Assembly (NCBI GenBank): GCA_043822665.1
Contig: JBDRBM010000034.1
Location: 3,757 to 67,756, forward strand
DNA from: Candidatus Omnitrophota bacterium
GTDB taxonomy: Bacteria > Omnitrophota > Gorgyraeia > Gorgyraeales > Gorgyraeaceae
Length of the DNA stretch: 64,000 nucleotides
Reading direction: 5' to 3'
Part shown: one piece after another, positions 1 to 11,007 of the stretch
How the letters are laid out: each line of letters begins with the position of its first letter
Numbering within the stretch: the stretch's first letter is position 1
Position numbers and translations under genes: made by a program
Notes under the pieces: model-generated
Told to the model about the DNA's origin: nothing
Seen by the model: the letters and a program-made list of their open reading frames with translations, nothing else
Database searches by the model: none

Positions 1-2
1 TA

Positions 3-335
3 AGGGGTTTGTCTGTACCTAAGGCAGAGATTGTACTTGATACAATCAACAAACGCGCGGCCTTTCATATAAAGCAGCTATTGCGGTCCGCGCTTGACAG
101 TGCTGAAAAAAGATTCAAACTCTCAGCAGCGGATCTTTTTATTTCCATGGCAAAGGCAGACAAGGGGCCGATGCTTAAGAGATTTAGGGCCGCCTCTATG
201 GGCCGCGCCACCATGATCAAACACAGGACTACACACATCACGTTGGAGCTGGACAAGATAAAAAAACCGGAGAATAAAACAGTAGAAAAAGAGGTCAAGA
301 AAAAGGTAAAGAGAAAAACGACGGTTAAAAAATAA
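3..335 (+). CDS. rplV: 50S ribosomal protein L22 (N-terminus lies upstream of the window)
   Basis: Frame is open to the window edge. KGPMLKRFRAASMGRATMIKHRTTHITLEL matches the L22 core. It directly precedes rpsC as in S10 operons and has a Lys-rich C-terminal tail. Confidence 0.9.
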   Translation, partial: RGLSVPKAEIVLDTINKRAAFHIKQLLRSALDSAEKRFKLSAADLFISMAKADKGPMLKRFRAASMGRATMIKHRTTHITLELDKIKKPENKTVEKEVKKKVKRKTTVKK

Positions 336-353
336 TAAGAAGCGAGGTCTAAA

Positions 354-1055
354 TTGGGTCAAAAAGTACATCCATATAGTTTCAGGTTAGGGTATATAAG
401 AGATTGGAATTCCAGGTGGTTTGCCAGGAAAAAAGATTTCGGGGTACTGCTGATAGAGGACGCTAAGATCAGGAGTTATGTAAAAAAGAACCTGATGCAG
501 GCCGCGGTGGCAAAGATAGAGATAGAAAGGACAAGTCAAAGGATCCGGGTGATTATACACAGCGGAAGGCCTGGTGTGATAATCGGCAGGAAAGGCGCTG
601 AGATTGATAAACTAAGGGATGAGCTGAGAGATATGGTAAATAAGGAGCTGCAGATTGACATAAAAGAGGTCAAAGATCCAATGATTTCAGCTCAGCTGGT
701 GGCGGAGAACATAGCGTTTCAGCTTGAAAAAAGGATCGCCTTCAGGCGCGCAATGAAGAGAGCCGTACAGCAGGCGATGACTTCCGGCGCGCAGGGCATC
801 AAGATACGCTGTCGTGGAAGGCTTGACGGCGCGGAAATAGCGAGAAAAGAATCTTATAAGCAAGGCAAGGTCCCGCTGCAGACAATAAAGGCTGACGTGG
901 ACTATGGTTTTACAGAGGCGCATACTACGGCAGGCCTTATAGGCATAAAAGTATGGATCTATAAAGGTGATATTATAGTAGGTAAAAAGAACGCGGGAGT
1001 AAAGACCGAAGAGTCAGCGCAAGAGGCGCAGGACCCCTCGCCTAAAATTGGTTAG
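354..1055 (+). CDS. rpsC: 30S ribosomal protein S3
   Basis: 233 aa. [25 protein letters not shown]-terminus and KH-type [15 protein letters not shown] start; operon position fits. Confidence 0.97.
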   Translation: MGQKVHPYSFRLGYIRDWNSRWFARKKDFGVLLIEDAKIRSYVKKNLMQAAVAKIEIERTSQRIRVIIHSGRPGVIIGRKGAEIDKLRDELRDMVNKELQIDIKEVKDPMISAQLVAENIAFQLEKRIAFRRAMKRAVQQAMTSGAQGIKIRCRGRLDGAEIARKESYKQGKVPLQTIKADVDYGFTEAHTTAGLIGIKVWIYKGDIIVGKKNAGVKTEESAQEAQDPSPKIG

Positions 1056-1088
1056 AAATAAAGAGGCCGAGGCAGGAAGGCGTAAACC

Positions 1089-1508
1089 ATGGTTTTAATG
1101 CCAAAGCGTGTCAAGTACAGAAAATATCAAAGAGGCAGCAGGAAAGGGATTGCCACAAGAGGTTCTAATATCTCATTTGGCGATTGTGGATTGCAAGCGC
1201 TTGAAAATGCGTGGCTGACAAATATTCAGATAGAGGCCTGCAGAGTAAGCGTAATGAGGACATTGAAAGGCTCTGGTAAACTCTGGATAAGGGCGTTCCC
1301 TGATAAATCAGTGACAAAAAAACCCGCGGAGACCAGGATGGGCAAGGGCAAAGGCATACCTCTTTACTGGGTTAGCACTGTAAAGAGAGGCAGGGTCATA
1401 TTTGAACTGGGTGGGGTGGACGAATTAATTGCCAAAGAAGCGATGAGATACGCCGCGTCAAAGCTCCCGTTTAGAACAAGGTTTGTTACAAGGAGAGAAC
1501 GCGGTTAA
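1089..1508 (+). CDS. rplP: 50S ribosomal protein L16
   Basis: [13 protein letters not shown] and ETRMGKGKG motifs; follows rpsC. Confidence 0.97.
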   Translation: MVLMPKRVKYRKYQRGSRKGIATRGSNISFGDCGLQALENAWLTNIQIEACRVSVMRTLKGSGKLWIRAFPDKSVTKKPAETRMGKGKGIPLYWVSTVKRGRVIFELGGVDELIAKEAMRYAASKLPFRTRFVTRRERG

Positions 1509-1547
1509 TGCCGCGGTAAAGACGAGGCGGAAGGAAGATAAAAAACA

Positions 1548-1736
1548 ATGTTAAAAGCGTCGGAATTGCGAAATTTATCAAGGCAGGAATTAAGCGAAAA
1601 GGTCGAGGCGCTTAAAAAATCTCTTTTTCAGATGCGTTCCCAGGGCGCAAGCGGCCGCATTGAAAAGCCAAGCAGGATAAATCAGGCCCGCCGTGATATA
1701 GCTCGAATCTTGACAGTACTTAGTGAGGGTAAATAA
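1548..1736 (+). CDS. rpmC: 50S ribosomal protein L29
   Basis: 62 aa. ASELRNLSRQELSEKVEALKKSLFQMR is the typical L29 pattern. Confidence 0.95.
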   Translation: MLKASELRNLSRQELSEKVEALKKSLFQMRSQGASGRIEKPSRINQARRDIARILTVLSEGK

Positions 1737-1737
1737 T

Positions 1738-1986
1738 ATGGAAACAAGGGGCAGGGTAAAGATGAGGATGGGGACTGTTATAAGTGATAAAATCGATAGG
1801 GCTATAGTAGTCAGGATAGACCGCACTACAAAGCACGCAAAATATAAAAGAGTTGTAAGAAAGGCATCCAATGCTATGGTTCATGATGAGAAAAACGAGG
1901 CAAAGGCCGGAGACAAGGTCATGATACGGGAAACAAGGCCATTGTCAAAGAATAAGAGATGGCGGCTGGTTGAGGTTTTAAAATAA
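1738..1986 (+). CDS. rpsQ: 30S ribosomal protein S17
   Basis: [27 protein letters not shown]...VHDE. ATG at 1738 lies 2 nt after the rpmC stop; the track ORF starts at an upstream GTG at 1723. Confidence 0.93.
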   Translation: METRGRVKMRMGTVISDKIDRAIVVRIDRTTKHAKYKRVVRKASNAMVHDEKNEAKAGDKVMIRETRPLSKNKRWRLVEVLK

Positions 1987-1988
1987 TT

Positions 1989-2357
1989 ATGATTACAATG
2001 AGAACGATTTTAGATGTGGCGGATAATACAGGCGCTAAAAGGGCGTCTTGCATAGGTGTTGTAGGGAGACACGGCAAGCGGCATGCGGAAATAGGAGATA
2101 TCATAACCGCTAATATAAAAGAGGCCAGCCCCGACGGAGTTGTTAAAAAGGGCGAGGTAGTAAAGGCTGTTATAGTCAGGAGCGTTAACGCGGTTAGAAG
2201 GCCAGACGGGTCTTATTTGAGATTCGACAGAAACGCTATGGTGGTAATAGACCTGCAACTGAATCCCAGGGGCACAAGGATTTTCGGCCCTGTGGCAAGG
2301 GAACTGAGAGATAAAAATTTTATGAAAATAATTTCTTTAGCCCCAGAGGTGATTTAG
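1989..2357 (+). CDS. rplN: 50S ribosomal protein L14
   Basis: 122 aa; [19 protein letters not shown]-terminus. Confidence 0.97.
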   Translation: MITMRTILDVADNTGAKRASCIGVVGRHGKRHAEIGDIITANIKEASPDGVVKKGEVVKAVIVRSVNAVRRPDGSYLRFDRNAMVVIDLQLNPRGTRIFGPVARELRDKNFMKIISLAPEVI

Positions 2358-2421
2358 AGTAGAGAGCAGTTCCTAGGGGGCGCCTGCCGGCAGGCAGGAA
2401 GCAGCGAGGCGAGTTGTTTAT

Positions 2422-2733
2422 ATGTCTAAGATAAGGAAGGATGACACAGTAATAGTTTTGACCGGAAAGGACAAAGGTAAGTCCGGTAAGGCGCTTAGCG
2501 TCATCCCTAAAAAAGGCAGGGTGCTGGTACAGGGCATTAATTTTATAAAAAAACATACAAGAAGGACAAAAGAAGACCAGCAGGGCGGTATAGTACAAAA
2601 AGAAAGCAGTATTAATATTTCAAATCTGATGGTGGTATGCCAGAAATGCGGAAAACCGACGCGTATTGGTTTTACTATCCTTTCAGACGGGTCAAAGGCC
2701 AGGGTATGCAAGAAGTGCAAGGAGCTGATTTAG
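2422..2733 (+). CDS. rplX: 50S ribosomal protein L24 (Cys4 zinc-ribbon C-terminus)
   Basis: KOW motif [21 protein letters not shown]-terminal CQKCGKPTR...CKKC. Confidence 0.95.
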   Translation: MSKIRKDDTVIVLTGKDKGKSGKALSVIPKKGRVLVQGINFIKKHTRRTKEDQQGGIVQKESSINISNLMVVCQKCGKPTRIGFTILSDGSKARVCKKCKELI

Positions 2734-2749
2734 TTTAAGGTTAAAAGTT

Positions 2750-3316
2750 ATGACGCCAAGATTATTAGAGAAATACAAAAAAGAAATAGTCCCTGAAGTT
2801 AGCAAAAAATTCGAGTATAAAAATTCACTGCAGGCGCCACACCTTGAAAAGGTAGTTTTGAATATGGGCGTAGGCAGTGGTAGTCAGGATATAAAGATAC
2901 TTGAGCAGGTAATGGCAGACCTTGCCCTAATCTCCGGACAGAAGCCCGCTATTACAAGGGCAAGAAAATCAATAGCAAATTTTAAGATACGCAAGGGCGT
3001 GCCAGTAGGTTGTAAAGTAACTTTGCGCGGCCATAGGATGTATGAATTTCTTGACAGACTAATTAATGTGGCTTTGCCAAGGATAAGAGATTTTCGCGGG
3101 GTAAGCCCTAATTCATTTGATAAGAAAGGCAATTACGCGCTTGGACTGAAGGAACAGTCAATATTTCCGGAGATAGATGTGGATAAGATCAGTAAGGTAC
3201 AGGGCATGGACGTTATAGTCAATATCAGGTCAGGTTCGAGAGAAGAGTCTTACGAGCTGCTGAAAATGCTTGGCATGCCATTCACTAACAGCCCCAAGAA
3301 AGAGGCGGAAAAATAA
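2750..3316 (+). CDS. rplE: 50S ribosomal protein L5
   Basis: [37 protein letters not shown]; spc-operon position. Confidence 0.96.
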   Translation: MTPRLLEKYKKEIVPEVSKKFEYKNSLQAPHLEKVVLNMGVGSGSQDIKILEQVMADLALISGQKPAITRARKSIANFKIRKGVPVGCKVTLRGHRMYEFLDRLINVALPRIRDFRGVSPNSFDKKGNYALGLKEQSIFPEIDVDKISKVQGMDVIVNIRSGSREESYELLKMLGMPFTNSPKKEAEK

Positions 3317-3319
3317 TAT

Positions 3320-3505
3320 ATGGCAAAAGAATGTTTGATAGCAAAACAAAAAAAAACACCTAAATTTAAGGCAAGAAAATATAACAGGTGCAAACTATGC
3401 GGTAGGCCCAGGGCTTTTATGAGGAAGTTTCATCTTTGCCGCATATGTTTCAGGGAAATGGCCTCTAGGGGGGATATACCCGGAATTACCAAGGCAAGCT
3501 GGTAG
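3320..3505 (+). CDS. rpsN: 30S ribosomal protein S14, short zinc-binding (type Z) form
   Basis: 61 aa with CKLCGR...CRICFRE, ending in KASW. Confidence 0.95.
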   Translation: MAKECLIAKQKKTPKFKARKYNRCKLCGRPRAFMRKFHLCRICFREMASRGDIPGITKASW

Positions 3506-3548
3506 AAAAAATAGATCCAAGAATCAAGAACTACAAAAAGGATTATAT

Positions 3549-3947
3549 ATGAGCCTAACAGATCCCATAGCGGACATGCTGACAGTAATAAGAAACGGTA
3601 TAATGTCAAAAAAGACAAAAGTGAATGTGCCGTTTTCAAAGTTGTCTCAGGAGATATTGCATATTCTCAAGAGAGAGAAGTTTATCAAAGATTTTAAGCC
3701 GATAGAGGATAAGAAACAGGGGGTTTTAAGAATTTACCTTAAATTTACCCAGACAGGCGCTCCGGCTATTAAAGGCATCAAGAGGGTCTCAAGCCCAGGC
3801 CTCAGGGTTTACGTAGATAAGGACGAGATTCCGAATGTTTTAGGCGGACTTGGAATAGCCATTCTTACTACATCCAGAGGCGTGGTGACAGATGTCCAGG
3901 CAAAGGAGATGCAGTGCGGGGGAGAAGTTTTGTGTTATGTTTGGTAA
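3549..3947 (+). CDS. rpsH: 30S ribosomal protein S8
   Basis: MSLTDPIADMLTVIRNG N-terminus; 132 aa. Confidence 0.96.
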   Translation: MSLTDPIADMLTVIRNGIMSKKTKVNVPFSKLSQEILHILKREKFIKDFKPIEDKKQGVLRIYLKFTQTGAPAIKGIKRVSSPGLRVYVDKDEIPNVLGGLGIAILTTSRGVVTDVQAKEMQCGGEVLCYVW

Positions 3948-4029
3948 ATGATGACATAAGGCACAGAAGCAAAACAGGAGAGATAGTTATGAAAGTCAAA
4001 AAGATTTTTATAACTACGGTATTCGTTAA

Positions 4030-4566
4030 ATGTCAAGAATAGGAAAAAGGCCGATACAGATCCCCGATAAGGTAAAAGTAAAAATAGAAAGAGGCATGGT
4101 GTTTGCGGAAGGCCCTAAGGGCAAGCTGGATTGGAATCTGCCCAACGGATTGGAAGTCCAAATCAACGGCGCGGAGCTCATAGTAAAGAATCTTAAAGAG
4201 GGCAACGAAAACAACGCTAAGCATGGGCTTGCAAGGGCCTATATTAACAATATAATAAAAGGAGTTAGCGAAGGTTATGTTAAACCGCTTGAGATACACG
4301 GCGTGGGTTATCGCGCGCAGGCGCAGGCAAAGACACTAAACCTGCAGCTTGGGTTTTCTCATCCTGTAGTTTACGACATACCAGAAGGGATTACCATAAA
4401 AACTCCGAAACAGAACCAAATTGTCGTAGAAGGCATTGATAAGGCAAAGGTGGGCAAGGCAGCGGCAGAGATAAGGAATTACCTTAAGCCAGAGCCGTAT
4501 AAAGGCAAAGGCATAAGGTATTTAGGAGAATATGTAAGGAAGAAAGCCGGTAAGGCAGTAGCTTAA
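4030..4566 (+). CDS. rplF: 50S ribosomal protein L6
   Basis: [18 protein letters not shown]-terminus; 178 aa. Confidence 0.96.
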   Translation: MSRIGKRPIQIPDKVKVKIERGMVFAEGPKGKLDWNLPNGLEVQINGAELIVKNLKEGNENNAKHGLARAYINNIIKGVSEGYVKPLEIHGVGYRAQAQAKTLNLQLGFSHPVVYDIPEGITIKTPKQNQIVVEGIDKAKVGKAAAEIRNYLKPEPYKGKGIRYLGEYVRKKAGKAVA

Positions 4567-4595
4567 AAATCACTGAACTGCGCGGAAAGATAAAT

Positions 4596-4970
4596 ATGAG
4601 AAAGAAGATAAGAAATCAATCAGAATACAGCAGGATTAAAAGGCATTACAGGATAAGGAAAAATGTTTTTGGCACAAAAGAAAAGCCCAGGCTTAGTATA
4701 CACAGGAGCAATAAAAATATTTACGCGCAGCTGATAGATGATTTATCAAACACGACCCTGTTAAGCCTTTCTACCAACGACAAGGACTTTAAAAAGGACA
4801 ATGCCTGGGGCGGAAATGTGGGCGCGGCAAAGAAATTAGGTCTCTATGTATCCGGTGAAGCAAAAAAGAAAGGCATAGAACAGGTTGTTTTTGATAGAGG
4901 CGGGTATTTATATCATGGCAGGGTAAAGGCTTTTGCGGACGCGGCGCGAGAAGCTGGATTAAAGTTTTAA
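4596..4970 (+). CDS. rplR: 50S ribosomal protein L18
   Basis: [19 protein letters not shown] and the C-terminal [26 protein letters not shown]. Confidence 0.96.
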   Translation: MRKKIRNQSEYSRIKRHYRIRKNVFGTKEKPRLSIHRSNKNIYAQLIDDLSNTTLLSLSTNDKDFKKDNAWGGNVGAAKKLGLYVSGEAKKKGIEQVVFDRGGYLYHGRVKAFADAAREAGLKF

Positions 4971-4984
4971 CGAGGGGGATTAAA

Positions 4985-5527
4985 TTGGCTGACAAAAATC
5001 GGATAAAAGATAAAATCATAGATAAGATCGAACAAGGCCAGGCAGAGCAGTATATAGAGAAAGTAATAGCCGTTAACAGGGTTGCCAAGGTTGTGAAAGG
5101 CGGGAAGAGATTTTCTTTTACCGCGCTTGTGGCTGTGGGCAACGGACGCGGCAGTGTGGGGTGCGGGTATGGTAAGGCAAATGAAGTCGCTGATGCCATA
5201 CGAAAGGCCCTTTCTGACGCAAAGAAGAATTTTTTCACAGTTTCGTTAAAAGGCAAGACCATACCTCATGAGGTCCTGGGGCATTTTGGCGCGGGAAAGG
5301 TGCTCTTGAAGCCTGCTTCCAAAGGCACAGGTGTTATTGCCGGAGGGACGGTAAGGGCTATATGTGATGTCGTAGGCATAAAAGATATTCTTACTAAATC
5401 ACTTGGCACGCAGAACCCTATTAACGTTACAAAGGCAACGCTTGCCGGCCTAAGGCAGTTAAGGCTGGAGCGGGATAAATCTAGCGACGATAAGGAAGAG
5501 GATCAGGACGAGGAGGATAAAGCCTAG
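4985..5527 (+). CDS. rpsE: 30S ribosomal protein S5 (acidic C-terminal tail)
   Basis: [42 protein letters not shown] start. Confidence 0.95.
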   Translation: MADKNRIKDKIIDKIEQGQAEQYIEKVIAVNRVAKVVKGGKRFSFTALVAVGNGRGSVGCGYGKANEVADAIRKALSDAKKNFFTVSLKGKTIPHEVLGHFGAGKVLLKPASKGTGVIAGGTVRAICDVVGIKDILTKSLGTQNPINVTKATLAGLRQLRLERDKSSDDKEEDQDEEDKA

Positions 5528-5529
5528 AC

Positions 5530-5982
5530 ATGAAGATAGGAGATTTAAGGCCAGCTATAGGCGCAAGAAAAAGAAGAAAGATAATTGGCAGAGGCCCTGG
5601 CTCGGGCCATGGAAAGACTTCCACCAGAGGCCACAAAGGCCAGATGTCACGCACAGGAAAAGGCAAGACGCCTGGTTTCGAGGGCGGCCAGATGCCCATA
5701 ATAAGAAAAATGCCAAAAAGAGGTTTTAACACAATTCCAAGAAAAGATCATGCCATTATAAACCTCGACAGGCTGGCCGCATTGAAAAAAGAGCCTTCCA
5801 TTACTCTTGAATTATTAAAGGAAAAAAGGATTTTAAAGAAGCGCGTGAATTTTTTAAAGGTAGTTGGCGGCGGCGATATCAAGATCCCTTTTAATATAAG
5901 GGCGCATGCTTTTTCGAAGACAGCAATAGAAAAAATCAAGAACGCCGGAGGAAAGTGCGAAGTTATAACTGAAGGCTTATGA
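5530..5982 (+). CDS. rplO: 50S ribosomal protein L15
   Basis: GRGPGSGHGKTSTRGHKGQ. It starts 3 nt after the rpsE stop, which leaves no room for an L30 gene. Confidence 0.95.
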   Translation: MKIGDLRPAIGARKRRKIIGRGPGSGHGKTSTRGHKGQMSRTGKGKTPGFEGGQMPIIRKMPKRGFNTIPRKDHAIINLDRLAALKKEPSITLELLKEKRILKKRVNFLKVVGGGDIKIPFNIRAHAFSKTAIEKIKNAGGKCEVITEGL

Positions 5983-7325
5983 TAAAAGCTCTGGCAAATT
6001 CCTTTAAAATACCGGACCTCAGAAAAAAGCTCTTTATTACCATGATCCTTCTGAGTGTATACAGGATAGGCGCTTATATCCCCACACCTGGCGTAAACGG
6101 CACAGCATTGATGCAATTTTTCCAGAATGTATCCAAGTCTCAGGGCGGCACGCTCTTTGGTATAATGAATATGTTTTCGGGAGGCGCATTGACACGGCTT
6201 ACCATCTTTGCGCTTGGTATAATGCCGTATATATCCGCCTCAATTATTCTACAGCTTTTGACCACAGTTGTCCCGCATCTTGAAAAACTCTCAAAAGAGG
6301 GGGAGGCAGGCAGAAAAAAGATAATTCAATATACGCGTTACGGAACAGTAGCGCTGGCAATTGTCCAGTCATTTTTTATAAGCCTATGGCTGGAAGACCC
6401 ATCCAGGTTTCAGGGGCTTCAGATAGTGGAAAATCCGGGATGGTTTTTTAGGATCATTACCGTTATTACGCTTACTACAGGCACGGCCTTTATAATGTGG
6501 CTGGGGGAACAGATACAGGAACGCGGTATCGGCAATGGCATATCACTTATAATCACGGCCGGTATTATTTCACGGCTGCCTACAGCCTTGTATCAGGTTG
6601 TGGCGTTATTATCGCCGTTTGCCCCGGAGAAGAGACAGATAAGCTTTTTAACCATAGCTTTTATGTCTATTATCGGCATACTGGTTGTAGTCGCTGTTAT
6701 ATTGATTACGCAGGGACAGCGGAAAATACCTGTGCAGTACGCGAAGAGGATTGTTGGCAGGAAGGTGTATGGGGGACAAAGCACTTATATACCGCTTAGG
6801 GTCAATCAGGCAGGGGTCATCCCTATTATATTTGCGCAGTCCATAATATTATTCCCGGCTACTGTGGCTGGTTTTATACCTCATGCGGGACTGCAGAGAA
6901 TGGCAGAATCCCTTACAAGAGGCCAGGTGCTTTACACCATGGTTTACAGCCTTTTAATTATATTTTTCGCGTATTTTTATACAGCTATAAGTTTTAACCC
7001 CAGCGATGTCGCGGATAATATGAAAAAGTACGGCGGTTTTGTTCCCGGAATCAGGCCAGGGAGGCGTACGGCGGAATATTTTGATTTTATTATGACAAGG
7101 ATCACTTTGCCTGGCGCTATATTTCTATCGTTTATAGCTGTTTTTCCTGACATGCTCGGCGCGTGGCTCAAGATCCCTTATTTAATAGCCAGCTTTTTTG
7201 GAGGCACAGCGCTTTTGATAGTCGTGGGCGTCATGCTGGACACCATGAGACAGATAGAATCACAGCTTTTGATGAGGCACTACGAAGGATTTATGAAAAA
7301 AGGCAGGCTCAAGGGGAGAAGATAA
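5979..7325 (+). CDS. secY: Preprotein translocase subunit SecY
   Basis: 448 aa, multi-TM. LGIMPYISASIILQLLT and FFGGTALLIVVGVMLDT. Canonical position after rplO. Confidence 0.97.
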   Translation: MIKALANSFKIPDLRKKLFITMILLSVYRIGAYIPTPGVNGTALMQFFQNVSKSQGGTLFGIMNMFSGGALTRLTIFALGIMPYISASIILQLLTTVVPHLEKLSKEGEAGRKKIIQYTRYGTVALAIVQSFFISLWLEDPSRFQGLQIVENPGWFFRIITVITLTTGTAFIMWLGEQIQERGIGNGISLIITAGIISRLPTALYQVVALLSPFAPEKRQISFLTIAFMSIIGILVVVAVILITQGQRKIPVQYAKRIVGRKVYGGQSTYIPLRVNQAGVIPIIFAQSIILFPATVAGFIPHAGLQRMAESLTRGQVLYTMVYSLLIIFFAYFYTAISFNPSDVADNMKKYGGFVPGIRPGRRTAEYFDFIMTRITLPGAIFLSFIAVFPDMLGAWLKIPYLIASFFGGTALLIVVGVMLDTMRQIESQLLMRHYEGFMKKGRLKGRR

Positions 7326-7334
7326 CATAAGATT

Positions 7335-7991
7335 ATGAGAATGGTATTTTTAGGTCCGCCTGGGGCGGGAAAAGGAACGCAGGCAGTTATGCTTTCAGAA
7401 AGATTGGGCATATTACACCTTTCCACGGGAGACATTCTCAGGGAAAACGTAAAACAAGGCACTGAAATTGGCAAAAAGGCAAAGTCTTTCATGGAGAAAG
7501 GCGAACTAGTCCCCGATGATATGGTAATAGAAATGATGCTGGAGACCATAAAAACAGGCAAAGATAAGAAGAGTTTTGTGCTGGATGGTTTCCCCCGGAC
7601 TTTGTACCAGGCAAAAAAGCTGGACGCCGCGTTGGATAAACTGAATCTGCCGATAGAGATGCTGGTGTATTTTAAAACCAGCATGGATACTGTTATATTC
7701 AGGCTAACTGGCAGAAGGCTTTGCAGGGATTGCGGCGCGAATTACCATGTTATAAATATGCCGCCTAAAAAAGAAGGGGTTTGCGATAAGTGCGGCGGCG
7801 AGCTTTACAGGAGAAAAGACGACAGCGAGGAGACCATAAAAAAGAGGTTGGAAGTTTACAATGACCAGACAAAGGAGCTCATCGATTATTACAGAGAAAA
7901 GGGTATATCAAGAGAGGTCTCCGGAGATCTGGATGCGGACACCGTCTATAAAGAGCTCTTTGAAATTTTAACCAAAGATACCGTTAGATGA
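7335..7991 (+). CDS. adk: Adenylate kinase (Zn-lid type)
   Basis: P-loop GPPGAGKGTQ and LSTGDILRE. Lid CRDCGANYH...CDKCGGEL. Confidence 0.96.
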   Translation: MRMVFLGPPGAGKGTQAVMLSERLGILHLSTGDILRENVKQGTEIGKKAKSFMEKGELVPDDMVIEMMLETIKTGKDKKSFVLDGFPRTLYQAKKLDAALDKLNLPIEMLVYFKTSMDTVIFRLTGRRLCRDCGANYHVINMPPKKEGVCDKCGGELYRRKDDSEETIKKRLEVYNDQTKELIDYYREKGISREVSGDLDADTVYKELFEILTKDTVR

Positions 7992-8734
7992 TAGAAATAA
8001 AATCTGAACGCGAGATTTTGATCATAGAAAGGGCGGGAAAGATAGTGAGAACCGCTCTTGTGGAGGTATCAAAAATCGCCAAACCTGGAGTAACAACCGG
8101 CGAGCTTGATAAAAAGGCCGAGGAGATAATAAAAGGATTTAACGCGCGATCCGCCTTTAAGGGTTATCGAGGTTTTCCAGGTAATATTTGCGCCTCTATT
8201 AACGAAGAGGTAGTGCATGGCATCCCGGGCAAAACCAGGCTTAAGTCAGGCGATATATTAAGTATTGACATAGGCGTTGAAAAAGACGGATTTTATGCCG
8301 ACGCCGCAATTACTATTGAGATAGGTAATACTGTTTCAAAGGCTGCCAAAGACTTGATAAACGCGACAGAAGAAGCCCTGAACGCCGGCATAGAAAAGAC
8401 AGTCCAGGGGAATAGGCTCTTTGATATCTCTCACGCCATACAGGCCTACGTGGAATTACGCGGTTATTCCGTGGTAAGAGATTTTGTAGGCCATGGCATA
8501 GGAAGAAAAATGCACGAGGATCCAGAAATACCGAATTTTGGGAAACCAGGCGCTGGCCCGCGGCTTAAAAGTGGTATGGTACTGGCGATCGAACCCATGG
8601 TGAATCAGGGCGGTTATGAAGTAGATATATTGAGCGACGGGTGGACAGCAGTGACTAAGGATAGAAAGTTATCAGCCCATTTTGAGCATACTGTCTACGT
8701 AACAGATGGGGCGCCAAAAGTACTTACATTGTAA
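7988..8734 (+). CDS. map: Methionine aminopeptidase, type I
   Basis: FKGYRGFPGNICASINEEVVHGIPG and FEHTVYVT; overlaps the adk stop. Confidence 0.95.
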   Translation: MIEIKSEREILIIERAGKIVRTALVEVSKIAKPGVTTGELDKKAEEIIKGFNARSAFKGYRGFPGNICASINEEVVHGIPGKTRLKSGDILSIDIGVEKDGFYADAAITIEIGNTVSKAAKDLINATEEALNAGIEKTVQGNRLFDISHAIQAYVELRGYSVVRDFVGHGIGRKMHEDPEIPNFGKPGAGPRLKSGMVLAIEPMVNQGGYEVDILSDGWTAVTKDRKLSAHFEHTVYVTDGAPKVLTL

Positions 8735-8780
8735 AAATCCGAATCTAGCCAGGGTTGGTTACGCATTAAAGAATCCTGGC

Positions 8781-8964
8781 CATAACTTAACTTTATAGTA
8801 TAGGAAATTCCTTTTATTGTACAAACGTTTGTCATTGCGAGGCCGAAGGCCGAAGCAATCTCAAGAGATCCTTCGGATACTCCTTTTAGTCGTATCCTCA
8901 GGATAAATTCACACTTATAACTTACGCTCCTTACAGTCGCGTAAGTTATGTGCTCATTTAATTT
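8781..8964 (+). repeat. Intergenic structured repeat, long form (copy 1), abutting the infA start codon
   Basis: CATAACTTAAC left end, AGTATAGGAAATTCCTTTT box, ATTGCGAGGCCGAAGGCCGAAGCAAT hairpin and TAAATTC-hairpin-GTGCTCATTTAATTT right end. About 85% identical to 12561-12788 apart from one indel. Confidence 0.8.
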
Positions 8965-9183
8965 ATGGCAAAAGAAGAAGCAATAGAAGTTGAGGGCACG
9001 GTCTCAGAAGCACTGCCTAATGCCATGTTCAGGGTGGAGCTGGAGAATGGGCATAAGGTACTTGCCCATGTTTCAGGTAAGATGAGAATGTATTTTATAA
9101 AGATTCTTCCCGGCGACAAGGTAAAGCTGGAACTCTCGCCCTATGATTTGACGAGAGGGAGAATAACCTACAGGGCTAAGTAA
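8965..9183 (+). CDS. infA: Translation initiation factor IF-1
   Basis: 72 aa. [34 protein letters not shown]. Confidence 0.97.
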   Translation: MAKEEAIEVEGTVSEALPNAMFRVELENGHKVLAHVSGKMRMYFIKILPGDKVKLELSPYDLTRGRITYRAK

Positions 9184-9204
9184 ACGAGGACATGAGCTAG
9201 TAAT

Positions 9205-9318
9205 ATGAAAGTCAAACCGTCAGTAAAGCCAATTTGCGATAAATGTAAGATTGTGAAGCGCAAGCGCATTATAAGGATAATCTGTATAAATCCTAAGCAT
9301 AAACAGCGTCAAGGATAG
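9205..9318 (+). CDS. rpmJ: 50S ribosomal protein L36
   Basis: Below the ORF-track length cutoff; found by hand translation from ATG 9205. [37 protein letters not shown], stop TAG at 9316-9318. Cys3-His Zn pattern; lies between infA and rpsM as usual. Confidence 0.93.
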   Translation: MKVKPSVKPICDKCKIVKRKRIIRIICINPKHKQRQG

Positions 9319-9441
9319 TATGTCGCGTAGCAAATGAACATGGCGCATCGTACAGAGCATTACCGTGTGTTAAAGATACAATAATATATAGGGCATCACA
9401 AAAGTGCCGCCCTAAAATATAAAATAGAGAGGTGTTGAACC

Positions 9442-9837
9442 ATGGCGCGAATTTCAGGCATAGATTTACCAAAGGAGAAACGTATAGAGATAGCCCTGAC
9501 CCATATTTATGGCCTGGGCCGTCCTTCTTCGAACATGATATTGAAGGCCGCGGGTGTTAATCCTGATACAAGGACAAAGGATCTTAAAGAAGAAGAGATT
9601 TCCAGAATAGCCGCGATAATACAGAAAGAATATAAGGTTGAGGGTGACTTAAGAAGAGACGTCTCTCAGAATATAAAACGCCTTGTAGACATAGGGTCGT
9701 ACCGAGGGTTTAGGCATAGAAGGTCATTACCTGTAAGAGGGCAAAGGACGAAGTCAAATGCCAGGACAAGAAAAGGCCCAAGAAAGACCGTAGGTGTGAC
9801 CAGAAAAGGAAAGACCCAGGCAGCGCCGGAGGCATAG
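9442..9837 (+). CDS. rpsM: 30S ribosomal protein S13
   Basis: [27 protein letters not shown]. Confidence 0.96.
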   Translation: MARISGIDLPKEKRIEIALTHIYGLGRPSSNMILKAAGVNPDTRTKDLKEEEISRIAAIIQKEYKVEGDLRRDVSQNIKRLVDIGSYRGFRHRRSLPVRGQRTKSNARTRKGPRKTVGVTRKGKTQAAPEA

Positions 9838-9855
9838 TAACCGGAGGATATAAAA

Positions 9856-10242
9856 ATGGTTGAAAAAAAGAAGACAAAGAAAAAGGCGGCGAAAAACATA
9901 ACGAGCGGAATAGCTCATATCTTTGCCACTTTTAATAATACAATCGTTACGATAACAGACAGACAGGGCAATGCGGTTGTGTGGTCTAGCTGCGGGTCTG
10001 TTGGTTTTAAAGGTTCAAAAAAGTCAACGCCGTTCGCCGCCCAGGTTACAGCAAAAAGCGCCGCGAAGAAGGCGCTTGAACACGGCCTCAAAGAAGTGGA
10101 GGTCTATGTAAAAGGGCCTGGGTCTGGCAGAGAGTCGGCAATAAGAGCAATACAGGCGGCAGGTTTGCGAATCAGTGCGATCAGGGATGTTACACCTATT
10201 CCCCACAATGGCTGCAGGCCGCCGAAGAGACGAAGGGTGTAA
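9856..10242 (+). CDS. rpsK: 30S ribosomal protein S11
   Basis: [22 protein letters not shown]...[14 protein letters not shown]. Confidence 0.96.
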   Translation: MVEKKKTKKKAAKNITSGIAHIFATFNNTIVTITDRQGNAVVWSSCGSVGFKGSKKSTPFAAQVTAKSAAKKALEHGLKEVEVYVKGPGSGRESAIRAIQAAGLRISAIRDVTPIPHNGCRPPKRRRV

Positions 10243-10283
10243 GATCGGTTTAACCAACATTGGGAGTATATTAGGGAGAAAAC

Positions 10284-10913
10284 ATGGCTAGATACACGGG
10301 ATCATCATGCAGGGTTTGCAGGAGAGAAGGCCAGAAGATTTTTTTAAAGGGCACAAGGTGCTACACGGATAAATGCGCTTTTGACAGAAGAAGCTATGCT
10401 CCTGGGCAGCACGGCAAGCGTAAGCGCTTCAAAATGTCTAACTATGGGCTGCAGCTTAGGCAGAAACAGAAAGTAAAGAAAATTTATGGAGTGCTGGAGA
10501 GGCAGTTTAGAAAATATTTTTATGTAGCCAACCGCTCGAAGAGCATTACAGGAGAAAAACTTTTGGAGCTCTTGGAGAGAAGACTGGACAATGTTATATT
10601 CAGGGCTTGTTTTGCTTTTTCCAGGACACACGCAAGGCAGATGGTCATGCATGGACATGTCCTTGTAAACAAAAGAAAGGTAGATATCCCTTCCTATTCA
10701 GTCAAGACAGGAGATATTGTGCAGCTTAAACAAAAGGAAAAACTTGTCAAAAACGTGAAGGAGACAATAGATAAAGTAAAAGATAGAAGCGTCTCTGATT
10801 GGTTAAAGAGCGATTTTGAAAATCTCAAGGTCGATATCATTCGCCTTCCAAGAAGAGATGATGTCGGCATGGATATACAGGAGCAGTTAATAGTGGAATT
10901 GTATTCAAAATAA
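10284..10913 (+). CDS. rpsD: 30S ribosomal protein S4
   Basis: MARYTGSSCRVCRREGQKIFLKGTRCYTDKCAF; 209 aa. Confidence 0.96.
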   Translation: MARYTGSSCRVCRREGQKIFLKGTRCYTDKCAFDRRSYAPGQHGKRKRFKMSNYGLQLRQKQKVKKIYGVLERQFRKYFYVANRSKSITGEKLLELLERRLDNVIFRACFAFSRTHARQMVMHGHVLVNKRKVDIPSYSVKTGDIVQLKQKEKLVKNVKETIDKVKDRSVSDWLKSDFENLKVDIIRLPRRDDVGMDIQEQLIVELYSK

Positions 10914-11007
10914 ATTCGCACCTTCATAGAAGTAGAACAGAGAAGATACGGTTACGAAAATCTTTGATTTTTATAACCGTAGTGCTCATTAAAAGGAGGA
11001 TTGACAA

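Noticed and set aside
2382-2395. GC-rich palindrome GCCTGCCGGCAGGC between rplN and rplX
   Set aside because: It is a short isolated palindrome within a tightly coupled operon, with no U-tract and no second copy. It is probably without special function.
4789-5262. 157-aa minus-strand ORF across the rplR/rpsE junction
   Set aside because: It is antisense to two ribosomal protein genes and is a Pro/Leu/Ser-rich shadow ORF.
6497-6799. 100-aa + strand ORF inside secY
   Set aside because: It is an alternative frame of a fully supported secY gene, and its Gly/Thr/Cys/Tyr-rich product has no features.
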